DNA from: Paragordius varius
Taxonomy: Eukaryota > Animalia > Nematomorpha
DNA length: 64,000 bases
Direction: 5' to 3'
NCBI GenBank assembly: GCA_964247055.1
Contig: OZ176051.1
Location: 14,632,001-14,696,000, forward strand
The position numbers and the translations under genes were made by a program. Within the stretch, counting starts at the first letter, position 1. Each line of letters opens with the position of its first letter. Positions 38,801 to 50,335 of this stretch are shown piece by piece. The notes under the pieces were generated by a model. That model was not told the origin of the DNA. It made no database searches and worked only from the letters and a program-made list of their open reading frames with translations.

Positions 38801-41800
38801 CTTGATATTAAAAATTAACATTTACTGTATTTCACCCATAAAATTATTATAGAAAATATTGGACAGGCTTAATTAAAGTCATCATTAAGAATCAACATAA
38901 TATATTTTGAGGTTAAATATATTTCTTTATTTGCAAATAAAACTTTTTATTGTAAATGAGATCAATTGCTTCCAATAAAGTTCCGCGCTCTTAGTGCTAG
39001 GTATGGAACAAAATATACCCCCCTTATGTAATAAATTTAAATTTTTTTCTTAAACTTTTTATCGAGAAATATGGTATGCCAATATATCCAAATAGCTCAT
39101 TGTTACGCATCTAACTATTTTGATAATAATTTTTTTTATAGCATTAACAAAATATTTCATATCGTTAGATCTTAATCTTAGAAAATATGTTTAAGAGCAA
39201 TAACATAAATATTTTCACTTGTTTTGTAGATAAATTGGACTAATTACTTTCGTCGCATGTTTCCAACGTTAAATACCTCCGAAATTGCAGAACTAAAAAT
39301 TGCCCTCCCAACAAACTTTCAAAATGTTATGAACGATATCGACCATTTTAGAAACCGCAGGTATAAATTATACAAAATAACTTCCAAAAAATATAATTTT
39401 ATTTAATTATATAAAACATATAATTTAATAACAATTTAATAAATAGATTTTTTATTTTGAAATTAATTTACATCATTATGCATTAACTTGCGACCCAAAC
39501 GACAGGTTGTAATATTATAATTAAACTAGCGTAAATCTCGTGCTGGTACGCAGCCCGAAGAACTTCGGACTTGTGGGGGGCTATTTGAAAGGGACAATAA
39601 TATGATGATCCACATATGTGGATTATTTTGAAACATTATATAATAGCTATGATCTCATAGGAATTTTAAAACGGTGCATTCATACTAATAAATTGTTTAC
39701 TTGGGGGAAAAATAGATTCAAAAAATTATTTTTGTAGATTTTTTTTGAAAAAAATGGCAAAGGGTAAAAAGAGGACCTAATAAAAGCGAGCCGACTATGT
39801 TCTGCGCAATAGAAAATTAGTAAACAAAAATCATATTTGAAAATGAATGGTCCAACACCTTTTCCCAAAAATTGTCTCAAAAACACGATTTTTGTGGACT
39901 TATGTTTTAAAAAAAAAACCGTTTTTTATACGGGATAGGCCCGATCTGGGCTAATTCAAAAAAGGGCAAAGCTATTGTTAGGGCATTCATTAATGATTAT
40001 ATTTTTTCGATGTTTGGATTTAAATGGGTTTCCCGGTTTTCCGGAAACAGACAAACACTTTCCATTTTTATTAATATATAGATTACGATAAATACACCCT
40101 ATACATATAATAGAGAAAGAAATAATAAAACAATAAACTTATACGATTTTATGTTTCAATCAATAATGTAGGATTGATTATTTAATTGTCTCGTTTGAAT
40201 ATTGAGATAGAAAATTTTATTTGAAATGAGCATAATATATTTTTGATTTTTTTAAGCAATTTAGTTATGCGGCACGAAGTTTTAAAATGATTCACATAGT
40301 CTCATATTCTGAAATTTGGCTCCAAAGGCATGCTGTATCGATGTGATGGCGCAATTGTGGGCGGGTAGCCCTCTACCCAGAGGCCAATACAAAAATGTAG
40401 TTAGATAAAAAAAATTTGCCTTTATACCTGGAATCATCGTTCATTCCTAATAGTTTATGGTAAAATGGCTTCAAAACTAAATAATAGTTTAATGATAGCG
40501 CATTTTTTAGGAAGTAAAGGACCCATTTAACGGCTATTTCAAAAAATCCGCTCGACTAAAAATTTTGATTTTTTACGGGTTATACTTTAGCAGCTATCTG
40601 ATAGGTTTTCTGAAATTTAGCCCCAAAAGCACGCTAATATGATATGACGGGTTGGTTTATCGCGGGTAGCTCCTTACTCAGCAGCTATCATCCAAGAAAC
40701 GCTTAACTAAAATTTTTGCCTTTTAACAGGGAATACGTGGAATCCTTATTTAGATTCAAAAAATTATTTTTGTGGACTTTGTTTTTTGAAAAAAATGGCA
40801 TTTTACAGGGGGAGCGGGTAAAAAGAGGGCCTAAATTAAAAAAGCGAGACGACTATGTTCGGCGCAATCGAAAATAAGTAAACAAAATCCATATTTGAAA
40901 TTGAATGGTCCAACACGTTCTCTGGAAAATTGTCTCAAAAACACGATTTTTGTGGATTTCTGTTTTCGAAAAAACCCCGTTTGTCACACGGGGTGGGCCC
41001 GAACTGGGGCCCAATTAATAAAAAGGGCGAATCAATTGTCGGGCATTCATTAATGAATATATTTTTTCGATGTTTGGATAGGAATGGGTCTACCGGTTTT
41101 CCGGAAACAGATCACAAAGCCAACTTTCCATTTTTATAAATATATAGATTTCGTTATCGATAAAAAATATAAATCATTTACTTTTTATATTTTGTGTTTT
41201 TATTACTTTTTGTTATAGGGATTTTCGAATATATCTCATGATTCACGGAATCAAAAAATTGTATGGGGATTTAAGACAGGCCTTACATTATGAAGACTCA
41301 GAAGCCATATATAAATGTGGTTCCCTCGTCTTCTCACGGTTTAGCCCGCTTATATACCAAGAATATGTCAAAAAATGGTATCCGACCAAAAGGGTAAAAC
41401 TTATATCTATTTATGTATGAAATGTAGAGCTGGCAAAGTACATAATTTATTAAGGAAAAAATCATAGATAAATTATGTGTCATGAAATATGAAATTCTAA
41501 ATTGGGTTAACTCGATTATTGCCTATTTGTACAAAAGACGAAAAACATTGTATTGCATTTTTATTATTTTGATATTTCAAATTGTTTTTGCATTTTAGAG
41601 GCTTAAACCATCTTTTAATTATGTATATTTAACTATTATCTAATACAAAGTTTTACCCATTGTAACTTAATAAACAAAATTCTTAAAAACACCAAATCGC
41701 TTAAATACAGTTATTTTTACCTCATGTTAAATGTGACTCACATTTTTCGGATAAAGCTGAGGAAAAATTGGAAAAGTACATTAACTATGAATTTGGCAAG

Positions 41801-44068
41801 CTATGACCAAGTGTATTCATAAGTTTTTACTGGTTTAACTAAATGAAAACGTCAAAGTGCGTTTGGTTCATCTGACATTAATTAAAAAACACACACAAGT
41901 TAAGTCCATTTACCAAAAAATAACAACTTATTTTTATCTTTGGTATTCATAACGAATTATGTGCCAAAAAAGGAACATTTGTGGGAACATTGTCATCAGG
42001 AAAATGACCGTTGAAACCAAAGTTTGCGGGAAGAAACATATTGAAAATGCTCTATCTATTGTTAACACATGTGTAACATGGTTTCGATTTATTAAAAGTG
42101 ATTTCATGTGAAAAAGGGTGGGCGATCTGTCAAGCCACACAACTGCGAAGACACCAAAAGGCAAGAGTTATTGAAGGATGATCCAACTCAAACTTTACAA
42201 AAATTGACAAAAATAGCCATCATAAAAAACAATCAATAGGTGTGTATGAGCAATGGGAAAGACCAATAAATTAGACTAGATTGTGTCTTATAAAATTTGG
42301 AAACGGCAAATAAAAAATCGCAAATTCGGAAACTCTGCCAACATAACTAAAGGAAATCATAATTTTATTGAATCGGGACGGATGATGAGGAAGCTTTATT
42401 TTTAATCCGTAAAAATTGTAGTTTTCATCTTGCCATACCGTTCCATCCACAATAGGGCCAAACTGCTTCGGGAGGAAAACCATGCACTGTGTCTTGTGAA
42501 ATTAGAGCGGTATTGTACATTATATTTTGAGGTCCCTGTCAATTTTTAACATAAAAATACCCTGCATTGATAGAAAATAACCGAAATGAGTCAGAAAACA
42601 TGGCCAAACGATTTTGCCACATGACATGCTTTGTAAACCAATGGAAGATACCTTCAATTCGCTTTGAATAAAATTTTTCCGCATCCGCTGAACTCTCTTG
42701 GCCTACCTGATTGATACAACTTCACATGAATGAGGCGCATTTTGCCGAGCAGCAACTCAATTATTTTGAAGATGCTGGAAAATGTCTTGACGATTGGTCC
42801 GTAAAAGTCGTCCATCAGTTTTTTTGTCCTGCCATTCATATATTACCTGAAAGATGAGCAAATTGTGTAGAAGACAATGTACATTATGAATAAAATAAAT
42901 TTATTTGCATTCAAAAATGTTTCAATAATTATCACCGCCCATAAGATTTATTTTGTCAGGCTAAACAAATAGACTTAATAAAAAAAACGTTTTAACACTC
43001 ATTACCCTTAAGAAAATTTATAAAAAAATACATTGTGGTGCTTTTGTCTCATAGCCGAATACCTAAAAGTCTAATAAAATATAATTAAACATCAATTAAA
43101 CTCCCTAATTTGGACAGGACTTATCAAATAAACAGTTGATTTATATACTCATTAATCAAAGAAAATTTGTTGTAACATAATCTAATGATGCATTTATAAT
43201 TAATTAATATTCGTTTATAATATGTTTTGTTACCGCGGATGTTTTTTTTTATTAAAAAACCTTCAAAAAATCCTCCCCCAAAAAATTCGAAATGCGACTA
43301 TATTACAAGGATAGATGAATACGCTATATATAATATTTAGTTGCCCCTTTTTTGTTCGCAGTGAGTAATATGATATGGGGGCGAGCACTCAATTATATAT
43401 TTGCTTTAATTTGGAACAAATTATAGAAAGTGACAAAATATTTAACCTATTAAAATTGTTTTTTATAAAGGTTATAGAAAGAATGAAGAAGTTAGTAAAG
43501 GTGGGTAAAAGACAAATGATTGAAGTAATACGGGAATTACCACAAATATTCGATCCACATCAAAAATACATAAAATACATTCAGGTATATTGTCGATATT
43601 CAAAATTTAGTGTAAATTAGATCCATTTGTTTGTTATATGTATATATAATATATTTTTATCAGAATTTAAAGTATAAATTTGATGCCCCTGTTTTGAGCG
43701 ACAAATATATCCACGAACTCTACAGCAAGGTAAAATATTTCTTATCCCTAAATATTATATATATATGACGAATTTTGCTATATTATATGTTATCACATAT
43801 ATTTAATCGAAACGTAAAAAATAGATTAAAAACTTGCGCGTACTCTAATATATATTAATATATATTATACCCTTAAATAGTAAGAGTCATATATCTCTAT
43901 TAATTCTGTTAACATATTATATATAAATATATTAGCTAAATGTGGGTCCAAACAGATCATTGATATATAATTACCAATCCATACTTAGCATACAAAAAAG
44001 GCAAACAGTCCTTAATTTTCTGTCCGAATTGCAAGATCCCAGTTTTCAACAGTAATAAAAATAGATAA

Positions 44069-44123
<55 letters not shown>

Positions 44124-47100
44124 GAATAATTGATAATCCTATTTTTGTACTATAAAAGATTAAAAAACATAATTTAAATTTTGTCCGAATTCGGAGTTAG
44201 GAAATTCTGCTTTGTATTAAGCTGTTTTAAATGCAGTAATACACATTAAAAAATAATATCGGTAGTACTATCTGGCCAAATTAGGTAGGTGTTGCATCAG
44301 TATTTAAAACTAAAAAAGCTTTTAATTTGATCCTTGCCTAATTTTATTATTATCTTCGGTAACAGCTTTAGATGTATTACAAAATTTAACATAGTTTATA
44401 AACATTCTGTTGTAATTAATGGGCGTAAACACCTCTATAGTCTTAAATAATTTTTTGGATTGATTGAAAGTTTAAATATGTGACAATATAGGGGCAAACA
44501 TAATTTATACAATTTAAAATTTTTTAAATTTTTAAGATACCTAAAATTTTTATTAAACAAACTTAAAGTATCTACTTTTAAATGATGTAAAGCAGCGGTT
44601 GCCAACCTTTTTTGTTCACGTTCCACCAAATTAAAAAATTTTTGCCTCTCAAAAAATCCAAGATAAAAATGTAAAATTTATTATAATATTAAAAAATCCC
44701 TATCAATGAGATCCTTGTATTTGCAATTTTTGGAATATTTAACAACGGTGACAAATCTTTTTTCACCTAAATCCTTCAATTTGATTCTGGTTTTATTTTA
44801 TGAGTTCTCCAATTTTTTCTCGCCTTAGATTTTTCTAGACCTCCTTTAAGAAACCACTGATATACAGTATGCATTTTACTGGTTGCTTATTTCACGCTAG
44901 TTGGCAATTTGGAACACAGCAGTGTATGGAAAAAAGACTAAAAATTGATTATTCAACATTTTGTTTTTTTTCCTACACTATTTGCAAATTGCCCAACAAT
45001 ATTGTGAAATACATTAAAATGCATCCTTTATATATCAGGGGTATTCAACAGGTGTTTCCGGAGCCGTTTGTGGTTCTTTGAAAATTTTGTGTAGCTCAAA
45101 AAATATAACAAATTATTTTTGAGTGGCGATGTAAAATTTTTAAATTTAATTTTTTTATATTTTTTATTATTCATCGCATTCTTTTAATCATATATTTTTT
45201 TCCAATCTGAAAAGTCTTAGAATACTTATTTTTGGTAAACTTTTTTTGGTAATTATTTAGTGAAAGAGCCATATTTTTGAAAACTGCAGTCCTATTTTAA
45301 TATAACAAAACATATTATTGGTGGTATAAATTACGTATTAGAAAATATTTATCGGTAAATGATTTTTGTTTATTTAGTGAAAGGACCATCATATTTTTAA
45401 AAATTTATTTAAAAATAATATCTCCAATTTGATATCAATATGCTTCAATAGATTCAAATTTTTTATGCTTTAAAGCAGATGATTATATAAAATAACTACA
45501 TTTCTAAACATATGATTCATTGTAAAGAAAATATATTCAAATCCAGGTGAAAATAGCAGTGCTTTGTTAATATTGATCTTTATTAAGACGTCGGATTCAA
45601 TACAATTATAAAAGATATCTGGATAGCCCATACATATATATCTTATTAATTCTTTAATGCTAACCCGGTTTAAAAGGAATGGATTGGTTTCAGTTGTCTT
45701 GTGTGAAAAAACTCATCAAGTTCTCGAATAGAATTCATTTTATTATATTCTATATTTGTGCTTTCATCAATGGCAGATATATTTAAAAATGAGGTTTAAT
45801 TTGTCCATGCATTTCATCATATTTTTATTATAGATATTAACAGCAAATTTAGCAATATAATAATATTGTTACTAGTTCTCTGCTATTTATATGAAAATTA
45901 ACACATCTATACATGTTTATTTTGTGGCTCTTCAAGCCATTTGTCTTGGACACCCCTGGTATATATATAATGTGTATAATATATGTAGTTTATGGCAGAC
46001 AAACAAAATAGACAGTAATCTAGCACTAACCAATCCAACACGTAAAATATTTTTTTTCATTTATAACATATGATAATTTTCCATTTTGCTTAGCGCCGTT
46101 AATAATATAATTTGTGTTTTAAACAAAATAAAATATATAATAATTTAATTTGAAAAATATCATTTGTCTTTACATACATGGCTACAGAATTTTTATCATA
46201 GTCTATGTCCTGTTTTGATTGATTTTTTTCAGATTAAGATCAATATAAATTAGCAATATTTTGGCTAACTTTATTAAATAAATATAAGTTTTATAATTTA
46301 TATCACATATTGAAAGGTATTCGCATAAGTTGTAATATTATTTAATATTTTAGAAAATCTGTTTTTTAATAGAATGTAAAAAAAAACATTTGAATGTGTT
46401 TGATGGCAACGAGTGCTTTTTTAAATAATGTTAAGCTTTCTATTATTTTAAAAAAACCTTTAAGCTTTTCACTTTTTTGTCCGCGATGATATAATGGGGT
46501 AGTTTTATATCACAGAGCTCAGTTTTGTAAATAAACTACTGAAAGTTATTTTAGTTAATATTTAATTTTCAAACATTCTCCTGTATTAGATAATTATGCA
46601 TATATTATTTTTAAATTTTGTATCTATTCTATAATCGGGACGATTCCAAAACACGATTAAACTAAACAGTTGATTTTTCGATCAATAATATTTAGTTATT
46701 ATATTGCAAAATTCAGCTATTTTCGATTACTACAAGTAATCTTTGTCACACCTAAAGAATAAAATGAAAATATAAACTAAAATTTAAAGTATAAAGTAAA
46801 AATATTTAATGAGACATGAAACTAAAAAAACATGTGTGTATTGTTATTAAGAAAGTTTGTAATGTTATTTATATTGTTGAGGTCCTTTCTGTTCATTATA
46901 TTTCCTTCTTTGTTAATATAAAAACTTTCCTTTAATATAATTTTTGTTATATTTTCCTCCCTATCGACAACTTCGGCATCCCAGTAGTTTATTTTATGTT
47001 TGCATTTAAAGGCACGATATGTCAAAGCCGAATCATTTGTTTTATTCTTGTTAACTGCCTTTTATGTTCTTTTATCCGAACATCTAGTCCTCTTTTTTTG

Positions 47101-49133
47101 TCCTATGTATACACTGTCGCAGTCTTGACATTTAATTTTATATATCTCATTGAGAATTAGGATTCTTTTTCTGTGAATTTATTAACTTATAGATATTATT
47201 TAATGGTTTAAATATAATTGTGTATTTTTCTTTAATATTTCTTTGATTTTGTGACTTACGGATTCATAGAATGGTATTACGATTCTCTTTTTATGTAATT
47301 ATCACTGTAAATTTTTTTAGGTTTTGAGTTTAAAATTTTGTTGATGGCGTTAGTGATTAAATTTTGTGGGTAATTATGTTCTAATAATTTTTTTACTTTT
47401 CAGTTGTTCGTAAGGTTCTTTTCAGTGATAATTACATAAAAAGAGAATCGTAATACCATTCTATGAATCCGTAAGTCACGAAATCAAAGAAATATTAAAG
47501 AAAAATACACAATTATATTTAAACCATTGAATATCTATAAGTTAATAAATTCACAGAAAAAGTATCCTAGTTCTCAATGAGATATATAAAATTAAATGTC
47601 AAGACTGCGACAGTGTATACATAGGACAAAAAAACAGGACTAGATGTTCGGATAAAAGAACATAAAAGGCAGTTAACAAGAATAAAACAAATGATTCGGC
47701 TTTGGCATATCATGCCTTTAAATGCAAACATAAAATAAACTACTGGGATGCCGAAGTTGTCGATAGGGAGGAAAATAGAACAAAAATTATATTAAAGGAA
47801 AGTTTTTATATTAACAAAGAAGGAAATATAATGAACAGAAAGAAGGACCTCAACAATATAAATAACATTACAAACTTTCTTAATAACAATACACACATGC
47901 TTTTTTAGTTTCATATCTCATTAAATATTTTTACTTTATACTTTAAATTTTTGTTTATATTTTAATTTTATTCTTTACGTGTGACAAAGATTACTTGTAG
48001 TAATCGAAATTTCATAATAAATTTATACAATTTTAGCTGAATTATAATTGCAATATAATAATACAATCACACTTCGGCGTAAACAATATCTAATATTAAG
48101 TTTTTGCTGCTAAAATGCAATATAAATTTACTTAACAATTATGTAGATCTAACCATATTTTACAGTTGTTTGTTGCGATTTAAAAAAATTAAATGAAAAA
48201 ATAGATGGTAGAAAAGTTTGAGATGAGGATTTGTTTACTATTATTCATTTCTTAAAATTTTTTTTGTATTATGCGCCTAAAAAGCTAATGTAATCATATT
48301 TCCGAATTCGGCCTCTTATCTAATATACTCCGTTAGGATGATCGAATTTCAATCGTTCTGGGATATTATCTACCCCAAAAGGTCATGACTTGTTAAATAT
48401 CAGGCTCACGGTGCGCCGCAATATATGAATTATTTATATCATTTAATAGCTAAATTTCAGGATATTAAGTGTCAAATATAATGGCTAACATCTAGAAAAA
48501 AATTATTTTAATTTTTCTACTATCAGCCATTAGGCCGAATAAAATTAGATAAGAAAGGAGGACGCGTCAACAAAATTATTTGATATTATGTACCACAAGA
48601 ATATTACTAAACGCAAAATATTTTCCATTAAGATTTTATGAATGTTCAGCGGGATACCCTGAACAACTTACAGGAATTAATGCTTAAAAATTGCACTTTG
48701 GCTATTCGAATCCAATAAACTTGTTATTATGCGGCAAAAGATTTTAATTTTTACTTTAATTATCATATATTAACTTTTAGAGTATAAACAATATATCGCA
48801 TTCAAAAAATGTTTTAAAAAATTAGGTTCTTGCAATCTGCCCCAAAGAGATAATAGCTCATAATTTCAAAACATCCATTACACATATATTACAAATGCCT
48901 TTTCTATACAATTTAATGGAGAACAAGATCTATCGACTCAGTTTTTTGTTTTGGGAGGTTTGTATACCCACCAAAATCCCGAATCTATAGCAAAAATGGC
49001 ACTAATATGCTCATACACAACTTGGCATAAAAACTTTTTAAACAAAAAACTGAATCCATACATCTTTTATCTACAGAGATTTGTATATATGGAATTATTA
49101 TTACATATTGGATGTTTTGTAAAAATTATATGA
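31355..49133 (+). CDS. Divergent neprilysin/peptidase M13-like gene, catalytically dead; 3' exons disrupted
   Basis: Phase-compatible exons: 31355-31768 (DDICYNFYIHACANY), 31908-32668 (LARTYQNQC; LFRVS; IAYHVLG...RDFELKL), 33008-33061, ~33101-33185 (needs a 1-nt correction in an A-run), 39230-39360 (INWTNYFRRMF), 41219-41393 (KCGSLV...QEYVKKWY), 43471-43584, 43664-43729 (NLKYKFDAP), 43936-44051. Then 48337-49133 with stops (APQYMNYLY, PLGRI, QRDTLNNL, NGEQDLSTQFFVLGGL). Motif order follows M13. The start exon was not found. Confidence 0.72.
33892..34432. mobile_element. Second copy of the TTAA-type MITE
   Basis: Collinear with 22221-22803 (ttaa cacttggat...gataccccaattttaatcgaagtg); the right TSD is eroded. 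Confidence 0.78.
34964..37644 (+). mobile_element. Internally deleted Tc1-like transposon with long TIRs
   Basis: TA|CAGTAA... start; long inverted terminal repeats (~270 bp or more); DDE_3-type remnant FIVLDNAPIH...(F)MPPYSPQLNPIE at ~36880-36985. Confidence 0.85.
35393..36773. mobile_element. Non-autonomous hAT element nested in the Tc1 copy
   Basis: TIR taatgtgaccagata / tatctggtcacatta and perfect 8-bp TSD GTATAGAT. The sister Tc1 copy shows the empty site (gaagatagtatagatgaaag, reverse complement near 38400). Confidence 0.88.
37673..38827 (-). mobile_element. Second, shorter copy of the same Tc1-like element, inverted, 28 bp downstream of the first
   Basis: TA|CAGTAAATGTT...AACATTTACTG|TA ends; the interior ORF 38432-38181 matches 36775-37130. 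Confidence 0.85.
39524..41149 (+). mobile_element. Two family A (Lep1-like) copies: a short complete one (39524-40083) and a 5'-truncated one (~40270-41149)
   Basis: Same aactagcg 5' end, atccacatatgtggat palindrome and ...actttccatttttat(t/a)aatatatagat 3' end as 6337-10385. Confidence 0.7.
41880..42960 (+). pseudogene. Decayed mariner (Mos1/mauritiana-like) transposase
   Basis: GGRSVK...ELLKDDPTQTLQKL (~42115), PNCFGRKTMHC (~42460), HFAEQQL..FED..KCLDDW...IHILPER*ANCV...YE* (42730-42893); many stops and frameshifts; TIRs not resolved. Confidence 0.85.
44593..44859. mobile_element. Possible hAT MITE
   Basis: Termini cagcggttgcca / gaaaccactg; the flanks match at 6 of 8 positions. Confidence 0.4.
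44865..45025. mobile_element. Family B Tc1-type MITE (other copies at 53010-53171 and 57917-58089)
   Basis: TIR cagtatgcattttactggttgcttatttcac / gtgaaataagcaaccat(c/t)aaaatgcatactg, with TA flanks. Confidence 0.75.
45036..45958. mobile_element. hAT deletion derivative
   Basis: TIR caggggtattcaa / ttggacacccctg; TSD ttatatat / gtatatat (7 of 8). Confidence 0.72.
46700..48050. mobile_element. Penelope-like element 3' fragments (GIY-YIG endonuclease) in inverted head-to-head arrangement
   Basis: IYKIKCQDCDSVYIGQ...RIKEH...SALAYHAFKCKHKINYW...E..KESFYI on + (47423-48009) and on - (47307-46732); 115-bp spacer from the longer minus copy; frameshifted. Confidence 0.9.
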
Positions 49134-50276
49134 TAATTTTTATGTAGGCGTCAAATGATTTTTTAAAAAATATATATTGGGTATATTCTAAAATAATAAT
49201 ATATGATAGTTAAAATAAAATTTAAATTTTTTTATCGCATAGCAAGAAGTTATTAGATTCAAATTTGACACGCCAAAGTGCATCTTTTTAGCTTTCATTC
49301 CTGTAAGTGCTTCACAGACCCTCTAAAAATTTGGATAATTTTTATCGATAATATTTTGTGTTTGGGAATATCTTTATGGTAAATATTATCAAATAGGCGT
49401 TTTCTCCATTTTTTTAATTATATTTGACCTAATGAGCGTCAAGAATGCAATTTTTTAATTTTGGCTAATAGCAGAAAAGTTAAAATAACTGCATTTATTT
49501 TTATATCCTGAAGTTTTTAGTCATTAAATGATTTACAGTTCAAATTCACCCTTGAATAATACAAATTCACACTCAATTCAAATATGTGTTTTTTAAATTA
49601 AAAATTACCTTTATTCTATAATATTTTTGTAATATGAAATTCTGTTTCAAATTAATATAATGCCGAAAAAAATAATAAACTATATCGAAAAATATATTTC
49701 ATATTAATGTTGCATTTATATTATTCCAAACACCTAATTTATTTTTAGGGTGAATTTGAATTGTTTAACGGTGAATTGAATTGTTCGAGGATGAATTTTT
49801 ATTGTAAATGATATGCACTTTATAAATAGAGTTTTTGCGATTCCTATTTTTGCCGCATAGTGTCATCATATTTTGATTTTATAAAAGGTTTTTGTTTACA
49901 AATAGAGCTGCAAAAATTTTGTTTAGGTTTGTACAGTAAAAATTGAAATTATACGGATAAATCGAATAAAAGAAATATTTTTTTTCAAAACCTCACTGTA
50001 CTTTTTAAATATAACTCGTCATTCTTTAGGAATGCAGATGCAAATTAGTAACACAATCAATTTAATATACGTTTCTAATCAAATAATTAATATGGGAAAA
50101 AATACGGATTAAAAAGGCATGATTGTCTTTTAGAAAAAAAATTTTTTGTATCTTTATATTGTAACGTTTTGTTATAATTTTAATTTTTATTGTATCTAAC
50201 TAAGACACCCAAACATTAAGTTTTAAAATTTGTCCATCCAAAATAAAAACTAATAATAGTTTTCCTTTATAATGTA

Positions 50277-50278
<2 letters not shown>

Positions 50279-50332
<54 letters not shown>
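50279..50332. repeat. (TA)n microsatellite; others at ~31837, ~32760, ~44074, ~53693 and ~56277
   Basis: Direct dinucleotide runs. Confidence 0.95.

Positions 50333-50335
<3 letters not shown>

Noticed and set aside
41934-42839. Spliced minus-strand gene from ORFs 42654-42839, 42271-42483 and 41934-42164
   Set aside because: The plus strand gives ordered mariner transposase motifs; the minus ORFs are incidental.
43471-43584. MADF domain (MIEVIRELPQIFDP)
   Set aside because: The exon is phase-compatible with flanking exons and fits the M13 segment between YVxxxF and IGYP better; MADF downstream residues are absent.
48337-48700. Non-standard genetic code (TGA=Trp or TAA=Gln), suggested by in-frame stops in gene-like stretches here and at ~740, 3940-4400 and ~53850
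   Set aside because: Intact exons and the RTE/hAT ORFs use TGG for Trp and CAA/CAG for Gln throughout, with no internal TGA/TAA. The interrupted regions also need frameshifts, so decay explains them better.
49520-49815. Weak inverted repeat (caaattcacc / ggtgaatttg units)
   Set aside because: Too degenerate to define termini or a TSD; probably an old MITE of no special interest.
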